64,000 bases of DNA from Candidatus Bathyarchaeota archaeon (GCA_963815095.1 CAWFFH010000003.1:1-64000); one strand, 5' to 3'; numbered from the stretch's first letter, positions 18,443-29,980 are shown. The notes: a model not told the origin generated them from the sequence alone. Translations and numbers: made by a program.

Positions 18443-19559
18443 GTGAAATTTGTGTTTATGAAAGAGTTAGATAAGGTCTCTTCTGTTTTGATTCTATTTG
18501 CTTTAATCCTCTCTTTTTCATCGGCACATGCACTCTACGTCGTTGGAGAAAACACGACGACACCCATAAAGGCCACAATAACGGTTGGAAATTCTCCTGA
18601 GGGTATGGCTTATGATTCGGGAACGGGCGAATTTTTCGTTGCATGTTGATGATTCTAGTTCGTCTTGGCAATATCAGACAGCAGCAATGCAATAGTTGCA
18701 AACATAACTGTGGAAAATTCTGCTATGCCCTTTGGAGTGGTCTATGATTCAGGTAAAGGCGAAATCTTTGTTGCGAATACTAATTCAGGCACGGTTTCAG
18801 TTATATCGGATAGTAACTACACGGTGATTGCTAACATAAACGTAGGAGTTAATCCTGTAGGCTTAGCTTACGATGCGGGCAAGGGCGAAATCTTTGTTGC
18901 AAATAATAATTCCAGTAATGTTTCAGTAATATCAGACACCTCAAACACCGTAGTAGATACCATAGCCGTGGGCGGCTCTCCTGTAGGCTTAGCATATGAT
19001 TCTGGAATGCGAGAGATTTTTGTTGCAAATTCTAACGACAATACAGTCTCAGTAATATCAGACAGCACAAATGCGATAGTTGCAACAATTGACGTCGGAT
19101 ATCTGCCTTATGGAGTAGTTTATGATTCGGATAAGGGTGAAGTTTTTGTAGCTAATTTATTCTCTGAGTCTGTCTCAGTCATATCAGACGTTAACAATAC
19201 TGTTGTGGCAACCGTTAATGTGCAAAACCTTCCCTATGGCTTAGCATATGATTCCGGTGTTGGAGAGATTTTCGTGGGCAATAACGACGCCAACATAGTG
19301 TCCATTATTTCAGATAGTACTAATAAGGTGATTTCCACTGTAGATGGGGTAGGCAGCCCCTCGGGCGTAGCTTACGATTCTGTCAAAGGTGAAATATTCA
19401 TAGCTAATGAGGACAGCTTTGAGGTCTTCGTAGTATCTGATGGCTCACCCAGCTGTACCAGAGTTCAGTATGGAAGCACTCATTTTGTTAGCCGCCTTGG
19501 TGGCTGCAATCGCTTGCTCAGTTGCGTTGGCCTTAAAAAAAACTGAAAAAATAGATTAG
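18443..19559 (+). CDS. YVTN/YncE-type beta-propeller surface protein, frameshifted
   Basis: About seven ~42-aa repeats (P.G.AYDSGKGEIFVAN..S.TVSVISD); signal peptide in 18443..18649; C-terminal PAVPEFS + TM in another frame. Confidence 0.85.
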
Positions 19560-19571
19560 GAACTTGCAGAT

Positions 19572-20341
19572 ATGAAGGCAAGAAGAAAAAAAGTAAAAGC
19601 CACGGTACCATCAGCAATTAATGTTTTTGATGAAATGGGTATTTACTGGGCAGAGATAGCGGACAAAAACCAAACAGAACAGCAGATTAATTTTCTAAAA
19701 ACCCAGCTTAAGTCTGATGGCTACATTTTGGACCTTGCTTGCGGAACGGGCAGAATTCAATTCCCCTAAGCGAAGCTGGATACCGGCTTGGTGGGTTTTG
19801 ATGTTTCAACTAAACTGCTCCGAATAGCCAAACACCGGCATAAAAAGGTTGATGTAGTCAGGGGCGATATGCGGTTTTTGCCTTTCAAACCCCAAACGTT
19901 CAAAGCCGCCATTAGCATGGATACAAGTTTTGGGTACTTGCCGTCTGAGGCAAATGATATTTCAAGTTTATTTGAAGTGCAAAGGGTGCTGGTTCAATCG
20001 GGATTTTTATTCTTGATGTCTTCAACCGAGAAGAATTAACCCTAAAATACCAAGGAAAAAACAATTTTTCCAAGTGGAAAGAATACCCTAGCTTTTTCTT
20101 AAAACAAAAAAGAACAATAAGCAACAATGGTGATTGGCTCTGTGATTCGTGGACTATTAGGGATAAAGGAGATGAGCAAGTTAGTTTTTTTGAACACTCA
20201 GTGCGTTTGTATAAGCTGGATGGGCTGAAGAGTTTGCTGTATAAATCAGGTTTTGCAATTAAGGAAGCCTATGGCGGTTATGAAGGGGAAAAATTTAGTT
20301 CTAATTCGCCACGTCTCATCTTATTGGCTAGGAAAAAATGA
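19572..20341 (+). pseudogene. Class I SAM-dependent methyltransferase, frameshifted
   Basis: ILDLACGTGR, VGFDVS, RGDMRFLPF, TSFGY and a C-terminal YGGYEG..FS.NSPRLIL spread over three frames. Confidence 0.8.
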
Positions 20342-20437
20342 ACATCATGTTATTGTATTTCAAGAATGGATTTTTTGTATTTGCGCATAAAAGTTATAAG
20401 CGCCTATAGGAAAGTGTGAACAATACAGTGACATAGT

Positions 20438-21427
20438 ATGAACACTTGGAAACTTCGTTTTTCAATGGTTGTAACGTTAGCTGCCATCTTTGGTTTAACC
20501 ACATTAGTTTTCTCAGCTGTATTACTTTACGTCGGATACTTTGACTTAATAAGCGTCGGAATACTCGTCGTAATCCTCAACGTTGCGCAATGGCTCCTGT
20601 CACCCTACCTCGTTGGCTGGATTTACAAGGTTAAAGAAATGCCAGCGAACGAAAACCCGCAGGTCCACCAGATGATCGCGGAACTTAGCATGAAAAGCGG
20701 CATCTCCAAACCAAAACTCATGCTCTCACAAATTCCATTACCCAACGCATTCGCTTATGGATCCCCACTAACTGGCAGTAGAGTTGCCGTAACTCAGGGT
20801 CTTTTAACACACCTAGACGAAGGAGAGGTTGAAGCCGTCTTGGGACATGAACTAGGACACTTAAAACACCGAGACGTACAGGTCATGATGGTGGTTTCAT
20901 TCTTGCCTGCATTATTCTATTATATTGGGTACTCAATGATGCTATCAGGTGTCTTCGGCGGCGGAGGAGACCGAAAAAACAGCGGCGGAAACAACGCAAT
21001 ATTTGGCATTGCATTCATGGCTTTCTCCTGGGTCCTAACCCTCTTCACCCTTTATCTAAGCCGCTTAAGGGAATACTACGCGGACAGACACAGCGCCGCA
21101 ATCGTTGAAAACGGTGCAACAAAACTCTCTACAGGCTTAGTAACAATCGTACAAGAAAGTAAGAATCCAACCAAACAACAAAAAGACCAACAGAAAAGCC
21201 ATAGTTCCTACAAAGCCCTCTTCATTGCAGACCCGGAACGTGCAACAGCAGACGCGGCAGACCTGAACGCAAACCGAATAACAAACAAAGAAGACCTGCT
21301 AAGGGAAACTCTGGCAAAACAACCTTCATCAGTTGACAAATTTGCCGAAGTTTTCTCCACCCATCCAAACATAATCAAACGATTACGTGCATTGAAGGAA
21401 ATCAACGAAAACCCACGCAACTACTAA
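20438..21427 (+). CDS. htpX: Zinc metalloprotease HtpX
   Basis: PNAFAYG, HELGH, SRLREYYAD, STHP. Confidence 0.95.
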   Translation: MNTWKLRFSMVVTLAAIFGLTTLVFSAVLLYVGYFDLISVGILVVILNVAQWLLSPYLVGWIYKVKEMPANENPQVHQMIAELSMKSGISKPKLMLSQIPLPNAFAYGSPLTGSRVAVTQGLLTHLDEGEVEAVLGHELGHLKHRDVQVMMVVSFLPALFYYIGYSMMLSGVFGGGGDRKNSGGNNAIFGIAFMAFSWVLTLFTLYLSRLREYYADRHSAAIVENGATKLSTGLVTIVQESKNPTKQQKDQQKSHSSYKALFIADPERATADAADLNANRITNKEDLLRETLAKQPSSVDKFAEVFSTHPNIIKRLRALKEINENPRNY

Positions 21428-22056
21428 AACATAATACCCTCGCGTCTATTATTCAAAAATGGGTTCATCCTTTTTTCTTCGCGAATCATTGAGATTTCAC
21501 CATGCCCAGGATAAACCAGCAAGCTATCGGGCAAACGCACAAGTTTCTTTAGAGAAACCCGCATATCGCTCATTGAGCCGCCTGGAAAGTCGGTTCTTCC
21601 TATGCTACCCGCAAACAATGTGTCGCCCGTGAAAACAAGTTTTTCTCCTACAAGACATATGCTCCCTGGTGTGTGTCCTGGCGTATGCACAACGTTGAGG
21701 GTTTCATTGCCAAATTGGACTAAGCTACCGTCCTCCAAGAGAACGTTCGCTGGTAACTTGCTTGTTCCTACAGCTTCGATGTAGTGTTCATCAAGTGAGT
21801 GGATGCAAATAGGAACGTTGAGTTTTTGTTGGAAAATTGTGTTTCCTTTGATGTGGTCGTCGTGTCCATGAGTGTTGACAATAAATTTTACTTTTAATTT
21901 GCCTTTAGTTATTTGGTCGAATATTGGTTTGGCTTCGCTTGCAAATTCCAGTCCGGGGTCAATTAGGATTGCTTCTTTTGTTTCTTTAGAAATAGCCAGG
22001 TAACAGTTGGTTGATAACATGCCCACGGCGAAGGTTTCAATAAGCATACAAATCAA
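21424..22056 (-). CDS. MBL-fold hydrolase (glyoxalase II-like)
   Basis: THGHDDH, HTPGHTPG, FTGDTLF, PGHG. Confidence 0.93.
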   Translation of the reverse strand: MICMLIETFAVGMLSTNCYLAISKETKEAILIDPGLEFASEAKPIFDQITKGKLKVKFIVNTHGHDDHIKGNTIFQQKLNVPICIHSLDEHYIEAVGTSKLPANVLLEDGSLVQFGNETLNVVHTPGHTPGSICLVGEKLVFTGDTLFAGSIGRTDFPGGSMSDMRVSLKKLVRLPDSLLVYPGHGEISMIREEKRMNPFLNNRREGIMF

Positions 22057-22169
22057 GATGCAAATAAGCTATAGATAAAATAAAGGATTTGCTTTGGACA
22101 TATCAAATTGGGCAGTATAACCTTTAGTGTTTGAAATAAATGAAAAATTTTTTTTAATAGCTAAAGAAA

Positions 22170-22421
22170 TTAAACATCCGAGATTTGCTGGAGACCTGTA
22201 AGCTTTATAGTGCTTCCGCATTTACCGCAGCTGATGACTAATTCATCAAGTTCGTCGTTGACGACTTTAGTGTCTAAGATTTGGTAGTTGTCTTCCGATT
22301 CGTCATCAGGTGATATCGACAATCCGCATTTTGGGCATTTGAACGAGCCGTCACTTTCAACACTAGCCAAGTCTATTTTGAATGCCGAAGCTTTTTTGTT
22401 TTCCAGCTTTTTCATCATCAT
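22170..22421 (-). CDS. Small zinc-ribbon protein
   Basis: CPKCG...CGKCG. Confidence 0.75.
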   Translation of the reverse strand: MMMKKLENKKASAFKIDLASVESDGSFKCPKCGLSISPDDESEDNYQILDTKVVNDELDELVISCGKCGSTIKLTGLQQISDV

Positions 22422-22564
22422 GTATTTTCACTCTTCTTTTCTTTAAATTTTCATTGAACGTTTTTATTAATTAACGATTATGAATTTCTATTCCATATGT
22501 GGAATCCATTTAAAAGGTTGACGCAAAAAAAGGGAAAAATTACTGATTTATTCACCATTTTTTC

Positions 22565-24472
22565 TCAGGCATCTGCTTCTTTTTCAAAATTTTCGGGTGA
22601 AATATAGTCGCCGTACTTCTCTTTTGCTTGGAGCAAACGTTCGCGCTGCATGTAGAGGATTCCGAACATTTCTAGAGGTGTATCTGTGACGTTTTCTTGG
22701 TAGAAACGTGAGACCCGCTCGATTTTTGCCAAGTTTTCTGGAACACGTATGGTGAATTGTTTGATGTAGTCTTCTTTGACGTAGTTTTTGCTGAGCACTT
22801 GTTTGAAGAGCTTGCGTAGATCTTCATATTTTGGTATGTATCCCGTTGGTGTTTTTAGAGCGCCGACTTCGTTGTGGACGCGAAGTTCCATCCATTTTAT
22901 CCAGACATGTTTGTCTTGTGGGCTGTTTAGGTATTTGTCGTTGCCGACTTCTTTTAAGAAGTAGTTGACCCCGAATACTATGGGTTGTTTTTTGAGTTTG
23001 CGTCCGAAATCCAAGTTGTTGTGAACGTTTTTGCCCATTGGAATCGAGATGAAGTCTTGGATGCTCATCATGTTGATTTCTGGGACGCCTTCTTTGCCGA
23101 TGGTTGCGAATGTGGTTTCTGTTTCTAGTGAAGCGCCGTATGCGACTATGCCGTGGTCCCAGCTGAAGCTTTGCTGCACAGGTACGTAAGCTTTAGTGTC
23201 ACGTCCACCATACATTATGCCGCCCAATTCGACACCGTTAGGATTGTCTAGTTCAGGGTCAACGTTTTCCATTGCTTTGAGGGCTACTGCGTATCGTGCG
23301 TTTTTGTTGGCGGCTGGAACATCGTTACCAGCTTCGTCTTTTTTGCCTTCATACCATGTTCCAGTGTAGTTACAGCCTTCTTTGGGGAGTTCTTGTCCCA
23401 TCCCAAGCCAGTATGGTTTGCCATCCTTCACTAGAATGTTGGAGAACACTATTTCTCCCGGAGCCGTTAGTACTTTCCAAATCAAGGCATCATCTTTTGG
23501 TTTGACATCCTGTATTATACCGAAGATGCCGGATTCAACGTTCACAGCACGAGCCGCAGAGTCTATGTCTCGAATGTAGGCGATGTCGTCGCCAAGTATG
23601 GATTCGCCTGGAAGCATCGCTGTTGACGTTTTGCCGCATGCGCTGGGGAAAGCGCCTGCAAAGTAGGTTTTACGTCCGCCTGGACCGAAAACGCCCATAA
23701 GCAACATGTGTTCAGCTAACCAGCCTTCGCTGCTAGCTTTGCGGATTGCTAAACGGAAAGCAAGTTTCTTGAATCCCACGGAGTTTCCGGCATACTGGGT
23801 GTTGACGCTATAGATTGTGTTATCCATGTGGTCGATGTAAATTCGTTTTTTGTTGTAATCTACACTGACCATGTCGCTGTTAAGTTTTCCAGCGGAATGC
23901 AACACGCGGAGGAAATCGCTTTTTGTTCCTGCCTTCACGAATTGTTCGTATCCAGATCGGTAAAGTAGTGATTCAGAATGGGCGACGTACCAGGAATCAG
24001 TGCATTGTAAACCCAAAATCGTAAAAACCGAGTCAGCGGGTCCAAGAGCAATAAATCTGACGATCATGGTTTTGTCAACCATGGAACCTCGGAGTAACCC
24101 CATAACTTCTAGGAGTCCTTCTTGGCGGTCCATCTGATTGAGGGCTTTGCTGAGTGTGACGCCCTTGGGTACTAGGTATTTGGTAGCTTGGCGGTCTCGA
24201 CCTTGGTCTTGTTCGCCATCAAAATGTACAGTGTGCCCGGGTATTGTGAGTATTGCTTGTTCTTCGCCGGTAGCGATTGATTGCTTACGCACGTAAGCTA
24301 TGTCTTCGGCTGAGTCGCTGCAGATAAAGATTTTTTCAGGGTGACATAAGTCGCTTTCTTTAGCTATAAACTCGTGAACGTTTGGGTTGTCGATAGCACT
24401 TAGTTTTTTGAAGTCTGCGACGCTTAGTTTGGGTTGTAATGCTTCAAGGTATGGATTCATTGTGTTTATCAA
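22565..24472 (-). CDS. pckG: Phosphoenolpyruvate carboxykinase (GTP)
   Basis: YAGNSVGFKK, GWLAEHM, AFPSACGKTSTAM, GDDIAY. Confidence 0.96.
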   Translation of the reverse strand: MINTMNPYLEALQPKLSVADFKKLSAIDNPNVHEFIAKESDLCHPEKIFICSDSAEDIAYVRKQSIATGEEQAILTIPGHTVHFDGEQDQGRDRQATKYLVPKGVTLSKALNQMDRQEGLLEVMGLLRGSMVDKTMIVRFIALGPADSVFTILGLQCTDSWYVAHSESLLYRSGYEQFVKAGTKSDFLRVLHSAGKLNSDMVSVDYNKKRIYIDHMDNTIYSVNTQYAGNSVGFKKLAFRLAIRKASSEGWLAEHMLLMGVFGPGGRKTYFAGAFPSACGKTSTAMLPGESILGDDIAYIRDIDSAARAVNVESGIFGIIQDVKPKDDALIWKVLTAPGEIVFSNILVKDGKPYWLGMGQELPKEGCNYTGTWYEGKKDEAGNDVPAANKNARYAVALKAMENVDPELDNPNGVELGGIMYGGRDTKAYVPVQQSFSWDHGIVAYGASLETETTFATIGKEGVPEINMMSIQDFISIPMGKNVHNNLDFGRKLKKQPIVFGVNYFLKEVGNDKYLNSPQDKHVWIKWMELRVHNEVGALKTPTGYIPKYEDLRKLFKQVLSKNYVKEDYIKQFTIRVPENLAKIERVSRFYQENVTDTPLEMFGILYMQRERLLQAKEKYGDYISPENFEKEADA

Positions 24473-24476
24473 TCTC

Positions 24477-25441
24477 TTAGAGTTCGTTTACTGTTCCAGG
24501 TATACGTGGGAATGGTTGACATTCAGCGATATGTTTGACGCCTGCAAGCCAGCCGACTAAACGTTCCATGCCTATGCCTCCGCCAGCGGTGGGTTTGAGT
24601 CTGCCTTCCTTGGCCATTTTCAGCACTAGGGCGTAGTTTTCTTTTTTGACTTGGTCGCGTTCAATCTTCTTTAGGATTTTAGTGTATTCATATTCGCGTT
24701 TTGCACCTGAGAGGACTTCGCCGAATTGAGGCAGGAACAAATCGTAGTTGTCCCATTTGCCTGTCTTGAAGTCTTCAAAGTCATAGAATTCTCTTGGAAT
24801 GTTGGTTACCCAGACAGGTTCTTTCGTTTCTTGAGATATGCCTGCTTCCCAGTCTGCACCGTATTTGGCTTCAAGGTCTACGCGGTCGTAGATTTTGAAG
24901 GGAGTCTTGGGTGCTTTGAGGGTATCGCAGCGGCACAGAGTAGTTAATTCACCTTTCATATCTTTCTTTAAGTCTTTGACAAGGGTGCCTATGGCTTCTT
25001 CAACCAAAGCGAAAACGTCTTGTGAGGATGCACCTTGAGCTTCAAAATCTAATTGGGTAAACTCGTAAATGTGCTTGCCAGTTTTTGCACGCTCCGCTTT
25101 CTCAATACGTATGTTGGGTGAGAGTATGAATAGTCTAGGGTAAGCGGTTGAGGCGGCGACGAGTTTGTGGATTATCATGCTGGCGGTGGTTCGGACTGGT
25201 TTGCCGTATATGTCGACTTCGATTCGTTTCTCGATGGATGCGCCTGGATCGGCGACAGAGGGTCAGTACTTTGGCTTAACGCTACGGGTAGAAGCCATTG
25301 GAATCCTTTGTTAACAAAAGTTGTTGAGAGACTTTTTAGGGTATAAGTCATGACTTTGCCTATACAGGCTTTTCTTTCTATTTCCGTTGCAGTTAGCTGG
25401 TCTAACGGTTTGGGCATTTCGATTAATTCTTGTTTTGGCAA
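24477..25441 (-). CDS. asnA: Archaeal asparagine synthetase A (AsnRS-like), split by frameshifts
   Basis: WLLPV..STDPL, MIIHK, SPNIRIE, HIYEFTQLDFE, REFYD, EVLSG..RE, GGGIGMERL, FPRIPG across ORFs 25175..25441 and 24477..25178. Confidence 0.88.
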
Positions 25442-25565
25442 TTTAGATCACTTGGAGTTGTTTTGGTGTACATTGTGCAGGGAAGGTAATAAATTTTCTA
25501 CAATAAAACATGATTAATTTACAATAAATACAACTTTTTATAGTTGGAACCTGTAATATTTACAT

Positions 25566-26075
25566 ATGAGCATTAAACTAGACGAAAAAGACCTCGCAAT
25601 CCTAACTCTCATCCAAGATAACAGCAAACTAACAGCCAACCAAATAGCCAAAAAAATTAACATTCCAATCACCACTGTCTTCGCCAAAACCAAACGCATG
25701 GAAGAAATGGGCATAATAAAACAGTATCGAGCTATCCTCTCAGCTGAAAAACTTAACCTCGGCACCGCCGCTTTCATCTTAGCAGCTGTGTCCTACAGTG
25801 CAAAAAACGATGACCAAACCCCAATATCCCAAAGGCAGGTTGCAGAAGAGATTTCCCGCTTCCCTGAGGTGCAAGAAGTGCATATAATTACTGGTGATTG
25901 GGATTTGCTTGTAAAGTTGCGTGCAGAGAACGTGGAAGCCATCGGCAAGTTTGTGGTTGATAAGTTGCGGTTGATTAAAGGCTTAGACAAGACCTTGACA
26001 TGCATGGTGTTTGAAACGGTAAAAGAATCAACGAGCCTGCCTCAAACATTCAGAAAAACCCTTCTGAAGCCATAG
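25566..26075 (+). CDS. Lrp/AsnC-family regulator
   Basis: LDEKDLAIL HTH, ITGDWDLLVK; divergent from asnA. Confidence 0.93.
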   Translation: MSIKLDEKDLAILTLIQDNSKLTANQIAKKINIPITTVFAKTKRMEEMGIIKQYRAILSAEKLNLGTAAFILAAVSYSAKNDDQTPISQRQVAEEISRFPEVQEVHIITGDWDLLVKLRAENVEAIGKFVVDKLRLIKGLDKTLTCMVFETVKESTSLPQTFRKTLLKP

Positions 26076-26534
26076 TTAGGCTGAGCTTGAATAATACAGC
26101 AAAGGCAATGCCAATAGAACGGTGTTTTTTCCTTTAGCAGTCAGAGCATATTCTACCCTTAGGGGGGGACCATCAGTAACGTTTCTGGTTATGTATCCAT
26201 GTTTCTGCAGCATCTTAAGTTTGTCAGAGAGCGTACGAGAATTGACGGTTAAGATTTTCTTAATGCTTCCAAAACCGATGGCGTCTTTAATAAGCAATGT
26301 ATAGAGAATTTCCAAGCTCCATTTCTGGAACAGAAAGTTGAAACTTTCCTCGAGACTTTCGAGTTCATCCTTGAGTTCTGTTGGCGTAATTTTTTGTTTT
26401 TCTATGATTTCATTGAAGGTTACTTCTACGCCTTTTAACACTTGATTCATTCTGGCTTCAACGAGCTTGCGGAATTCCGCGCTCAAAGTTAGTGGGGCAC
26501 TCATGCACTCTACACTCGGTGTGGTTTTGCTCAC
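26076..26534 (-). CDS. HxlR-family wHTH regulator
   Basis: KWSLEIL, RTLSDKLK.L, PLRVEYALTAKG. Confidence 0.88.
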   Translation of the reverse strand: MSKTTPSVECMSAPLTLSAEFRKLVEARMNQVLKGVEVTFNEIIEKQKITPTELKDELESLEESFNFLFQKWSLEILYTLLIKDAIGFGSIKKILTVNSRTLSDKLKMLQKHGYITRNVTDGPPLRVEYALTAKGKNTVLLALPLLYYSSSA

Positions 26535-26604
26535 TTCATAATTTATTAAGCTTTACATATACAACAAGGTATACAAAGTAAAGTTAACTGGAGGAAACAA
26601 TCAC

Positions 26605-27966
26605 TTGGAAAAATATGACGCAATAGTTGTTGGCGCAGGAACAGCAGGCTGCCTTGCAGCAAAAACCATCGCTGAAAAAGGCTTAAAAGTCTGTATCGTT
26701 GAAAAGAAAAAACGCGAAGAAATCGGCGAAAAAATCTGCGGCGACGCCCTAGGTGAACACCACCTAAAGTTCCTCGGATTAGAAAAACCAACAGGCGGCG
26801 AACTCGAAAGTAAAATTGATGGCATAAAAATTTACTCCCCAGACGAAAACACCGTCTTCACTATCGCAGATAAAGACTTTATTGGCTTCCTTCTTAACAG
26901 ACGTCTTTTTGGTCAGTGGCTTCTTAACAAAGCCATAGACAAAGGCGCCCTTTTACAGGACAACATGAACTTCCGTGCCCCGATAATTGAAAAAGGCGCA
27001 GTCGTAGGTCTTACAGCAAAGAATATGAAAACGGGCAAAGTCACAGAGATGCGCAGCAAAGTTGTAGTTGACGCAAGCGGCTATTTTGGTATGGTACGCA
27101 AACAATTACCTCCAGAAATGGGAATCGACCGCGACATAGCAAACGAAGACGTTGAAGCATGCTACAGAGAAATCCGCCAACTCAAACAAGAAAACGAAAA
27201 CACAAACTTCTGCGAAATCTACCTAAACCAAAAAGCATCCCCAGGCGGTTACATATGGATTTTCCCCAAAGGCGGCGCACGCGTAAACGTCGGCTTAGGC
27301 ATCTGCATGCGCAAAAACTACCCCAATCCCAAAGAACAACTCTATAACACAGCCTTCAAAAAACCAATCTTTGATGGCTCCTTAGTTTTGACTGGTGGCT
27401 CATGGTTTGACCCTGTCCGCAGACCTTTAGACAACATGGTTTCAAACGGAGTTATGTTGGTCGGCGACGCTGCCTCGCTAGTTAACCCGATTCATGGCGG
27501 CGGCATAGGACCCTCAATGCTAAGCGGCTACTTTGCGGGGCAACAAATCGTTGAAGCACTAAACAAAGGTGAACCAACAAAAGAAGCACTCTGGGGCTAC
27601 AACAAGAAATACATCGACACCTACGGCAAGAAACAGGGTACGCTTGACATCTTCAAAATGTTCCTCTTATCATGCAGTGATGAAGACCTCAACTATGGCA
27701 TGAATGAGAAACTCATGACCGAAGACGACGTACTTAAAGCAGGCATGGGCGACGACTTCCACCTAAACATCACCGAAACAGCAAAACGCGTCTTTAGAGG
27801 CCTCCGCCGAGTTGGGTTCCTCAACAGATTGCGCTTGACGGTTACAATGATGAAGGGTCTGAGAGCACACTACAATACCTACCCAGCCTCGCCTGAAGGG
27901 TTTGAGCCATGGCGCCTCCAAACCATAAAATTGATTGAGGACGCAAGAAAAAAACTCGTAGATTAG
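26605..27966 (+). CDS. Geranylgeranyl reductase family flavoprotein
   Basis: GAGTAG, KICGD, PGGYIWIFPK, VGDAA..VNPIHGGGI. Confidence 0.92.
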   Translation: MEKYDAIVVGAGTAGCLAAKTIAEKGLKVCIVEKKKREEIGEKICGDALGEHHLKFLGLEKPTGGELESKIDGIKIYSPDENTVFTIADKDFIGFLLNRRLFGQWLLNKAIDKGALLQDNMNFRAPIIEKGAVVGLTAKNMKTGKVTEMRSKVVVDASGYFGMVRKQLPPEMGIDRDIANEDVEACYREIRQLKQENENTNFCEIYLNQKASPGGYIWIFPKGGARVNVGLGICMRKNYPNPKEQLYNTAFKKPIFDGSLVLTGGSWFDPVRRPLDNMVSNGVMLVGDAASLVNPIHGGGIGPSMLSGYFAGQQIVEALNKGEPTKEALWGYNKKYIDTYGKKQGTLDIFKMFLLSCSDEDLNYGMNEKLMTEDDVLKAGMGDDFHLNITETAKRVFRGLRRVGFLNRLRLTVTMMKGLRAHYNTYPASPEGFEPWRLQTIKLIEDARKKLVD

Positions 27967-28062
27967 CCCTTAGCTAATCTTTTCTTTTGCTTTTTTTATC
28001 TTTTAGTTTTTATAAACGCTTAAATTCCAAGTACACGTGTGTGGATACTTACTGGTGAAAAG

Positions 28063-28410
28063 ATGGTTTACTGTTCTAACTGCGGAACAAAAATAGAAGA
28101 TGGAGCATATTTCTGTTATAAATGCGGAACAAAAACTCAAGTAGGAAAAAATGCAAAAGCTATGTATCCTTCTGATGAGTTACGGGACGCGTTTTACCAA
28201 GTTGGACTTGAACTCGAAAAAGCCTTCACCGTGGCGGCAAGAGAAACGCAATCAGCATTTAAGAAAGTTAGCGAGAACATGCAGCAAAAAAACGCCACCT
28301 CAAGTACCCAAGAAAATGTTGTATGTACTAGCTGCGGAACAAAGAATAGTTCTGGCGCGGTTTTCTGCCATAACTGCGGAGAAAAAGTAGCATCTGCTGG
28401 AAGCACCTAA
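28063..28410 (+). CDS. Double zinc-ribbon protein
   Basis: MVYCSNCG..FCYKCG and CTSCG..FCHNCG; GGTGA before the ATG at 28063. Confidence 0.85.
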   Translation: MVYCSNCGTKIEDGAYFCYKCGTKTQVGKNAKAMYPSDELRDAFYQVGLELEKAFTVAARETQSAFKKVSENMQQKNATSSTQENVVCTSCGTKNSSGAVFCHNCGEKVASAGST

Positions 28411-28413
28411 AAA

Positions 28414-28887
28414 ATGAGCACAGGCAAGACGCTTATTGCGTATGAAAGTAAGCTTGGAGCTACCGCGGATTCAGCGAGAAAAATAGCAGAAACCCTTCGC
28501 TCAAAGTTTCAATTAGAGGTTGATTTAGTTGACCTCAAAGTGCAGAAAACCGTTGATCTTTCGTTGTACCAAAACGTCATTGTCGGCGGCGGTGTGAGAG
28601 GCGGAAGAGTTTACAGTAAAACATTAAAGTTTCTTGAGAACGATTTAAGCGGCAAAAATGTCGCCTTTTTTGTTTCCTCTACTTGGGCTGGTACTCCTGG
28701 AAGCTATGATAACGCAAAAGCCAAATTTGTAGAAAAAACATTAACTAAATACCCCAAAATAAACGCCGTCAGCACAGAAGCCTTCGGCGGGCGCATAAGA
28801 TATTTTAGAAAAACCATGGTAGATAACACAGATTTGGTCAAGGTTGAGGTTTGGGCAGAAGAACTTGGAAAGAAATTCACCCAATAA
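28414..28887 (+). CDS. Flavodoxin-domain protein (HemG-like)
   Basis: LIAYESKLGAT, VIVGGG, AFGG. Confidence 0.85.
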   Translation: MSTGKTLIAYESKLGATADSARKIAETLRSKFQLEVDLVDLKVQKTVDLSLYQNVIVGGGVRGGRVYSKTLKFLENDLSGKNVAFFVSSTWAGTPGSYDNAKAKFVEKTLTKYPKINAVSTEAFGGRIRYFRKTMVDNTDLVKVEVWAEELGKKFTQ

Positions 28888-29089
28888 GTCAAAGGGCACT
28901 AAGGCAGGTGCTTTGCTTTGCCCTACATGCTGCATTGAATATGTTGAAGTTGAGTTTGACTTGGAAATCGACGGTGTAATACTGCATGATGTAAAGGCGC
29001 TCCGGTGTCCCGGATGCGAAGAAGAACTGTTCACGCCAGAACAATATGAAAAAATCAAAAAGAGAATTTGCGATTCAACAGAGATGTAA
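28844..29089 (+). CDS. YgiT/MqsA-type zinc-finger protein
   Basis: CPTC...DVKALRCPGCEEELFT; start uncertain. Confidence 0.7.
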   Translation: MRFGQKNLERNSPNKSKGTKAGALLCPTCCIEYVEVEFDLEIDGVILHDVKALRCPGCEEELFTPEQYEKIKKRICDSTEM

Positions 29090-29509
29090 CATATGTCTAT
29101 TTTAAAAGCCAACTCAAATTTGTAAATGTTTTTTGACTAAAAAAAATCCTTCTAAAGCTCAAATCGACAACTTTATGGAGAAGTTGCTGCTAATGCTGCT
29201 GCAATAATAGAATTTTGCAAATCGATTGTTGCATCTTTCAAAACTAAACACAAATACACCGTTTTTTCACTGAAAGTTTTTCGGTTGAGCCGACAGAAGC
29301 CAGAGAAGTTGTTGTTGTTGCAACTGCGTTCCGCACAATGGGTGCAACAACAACCCATCTTTGGATTGGACAAAGTTCTAACCCAGTGATAAAGCCTCGA
29401 TCCCTATTCTTATTTTCGCGCTTATTCAATTCACCGTTAATTGCTTGGCTACAATTATTATCGAAGGCTTAAATATTTTCAGGGTCCACTCAAACAGAGA
29501 GGAGTAACA

Positions 29510-29980
29510 ATGTCTTTTCAAGAAAAAATTGTTCTAAACCCCATAGGCTACGTTAAAACCAGCGCTAAAGGCGATGAAGTTAAAGACAAATCTTTATTGT
29601 CACACATTGTTCTCCGTGACGATTTAGTTGACGGTTTAAGTGGCATCACCGATTATTCTCATTTGTTTGTGTTATTTTACTTGAACCAAATAACTAGTGT
29701 ACAGCGAAAAACATTGAGAGTTCATCCAAGAGGCAGACAAGACATGCCTTTAGTAGGCGTTTTTGTGGCCAGAACCATGTTACGTCCCAACCCCATTGGA
29801 TTGACTTTAGTTGAACTGGTTAAAGTGGAAGGAAACATTATTACGGTCAAGGGTTTAGATGCATACGATGGAACCCCAGTCTTAGACATAAAGACTTATG
29901 ATTTCTGGGACATGGCGAAAAACGCGAAGGTTCCTGAATGGTGGATAAAGCTTAACGAGGAAAAACAAGTTAAACTATAG
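29510..29980 (+). CDS. tsaA: tRNA (N6-threonylcarbamoyladenosine-N6)-methyltransferase TrmO
   Basis: PIGYV, VHPRG, RPNPIGLTLVEL, GLDAYDGTPVLDIK; GAGGAG before the ATG at 29510. Confidence 0.9.
   Translation: MSFQEKIVLNPIGYVKTSAKGDEVKDKSLLSHIVLRDDLVDGLSGITDYSHLFVLFYLNQITSVQRKTLRVHPRGRQDMPLVGVFVARTMLRPNPIGLTLVELVKVEGNIITVKGLDAYDGTPVLDIKTYDFWDMAKNAKVPEWWIKLNEEKQVKL

Noticed and set aside
18560-19440. ~126-bp tandem DNA repeats
   Set aside because: They are coding beta-propeller blades, not a non-coding array or a diversity-generating element.
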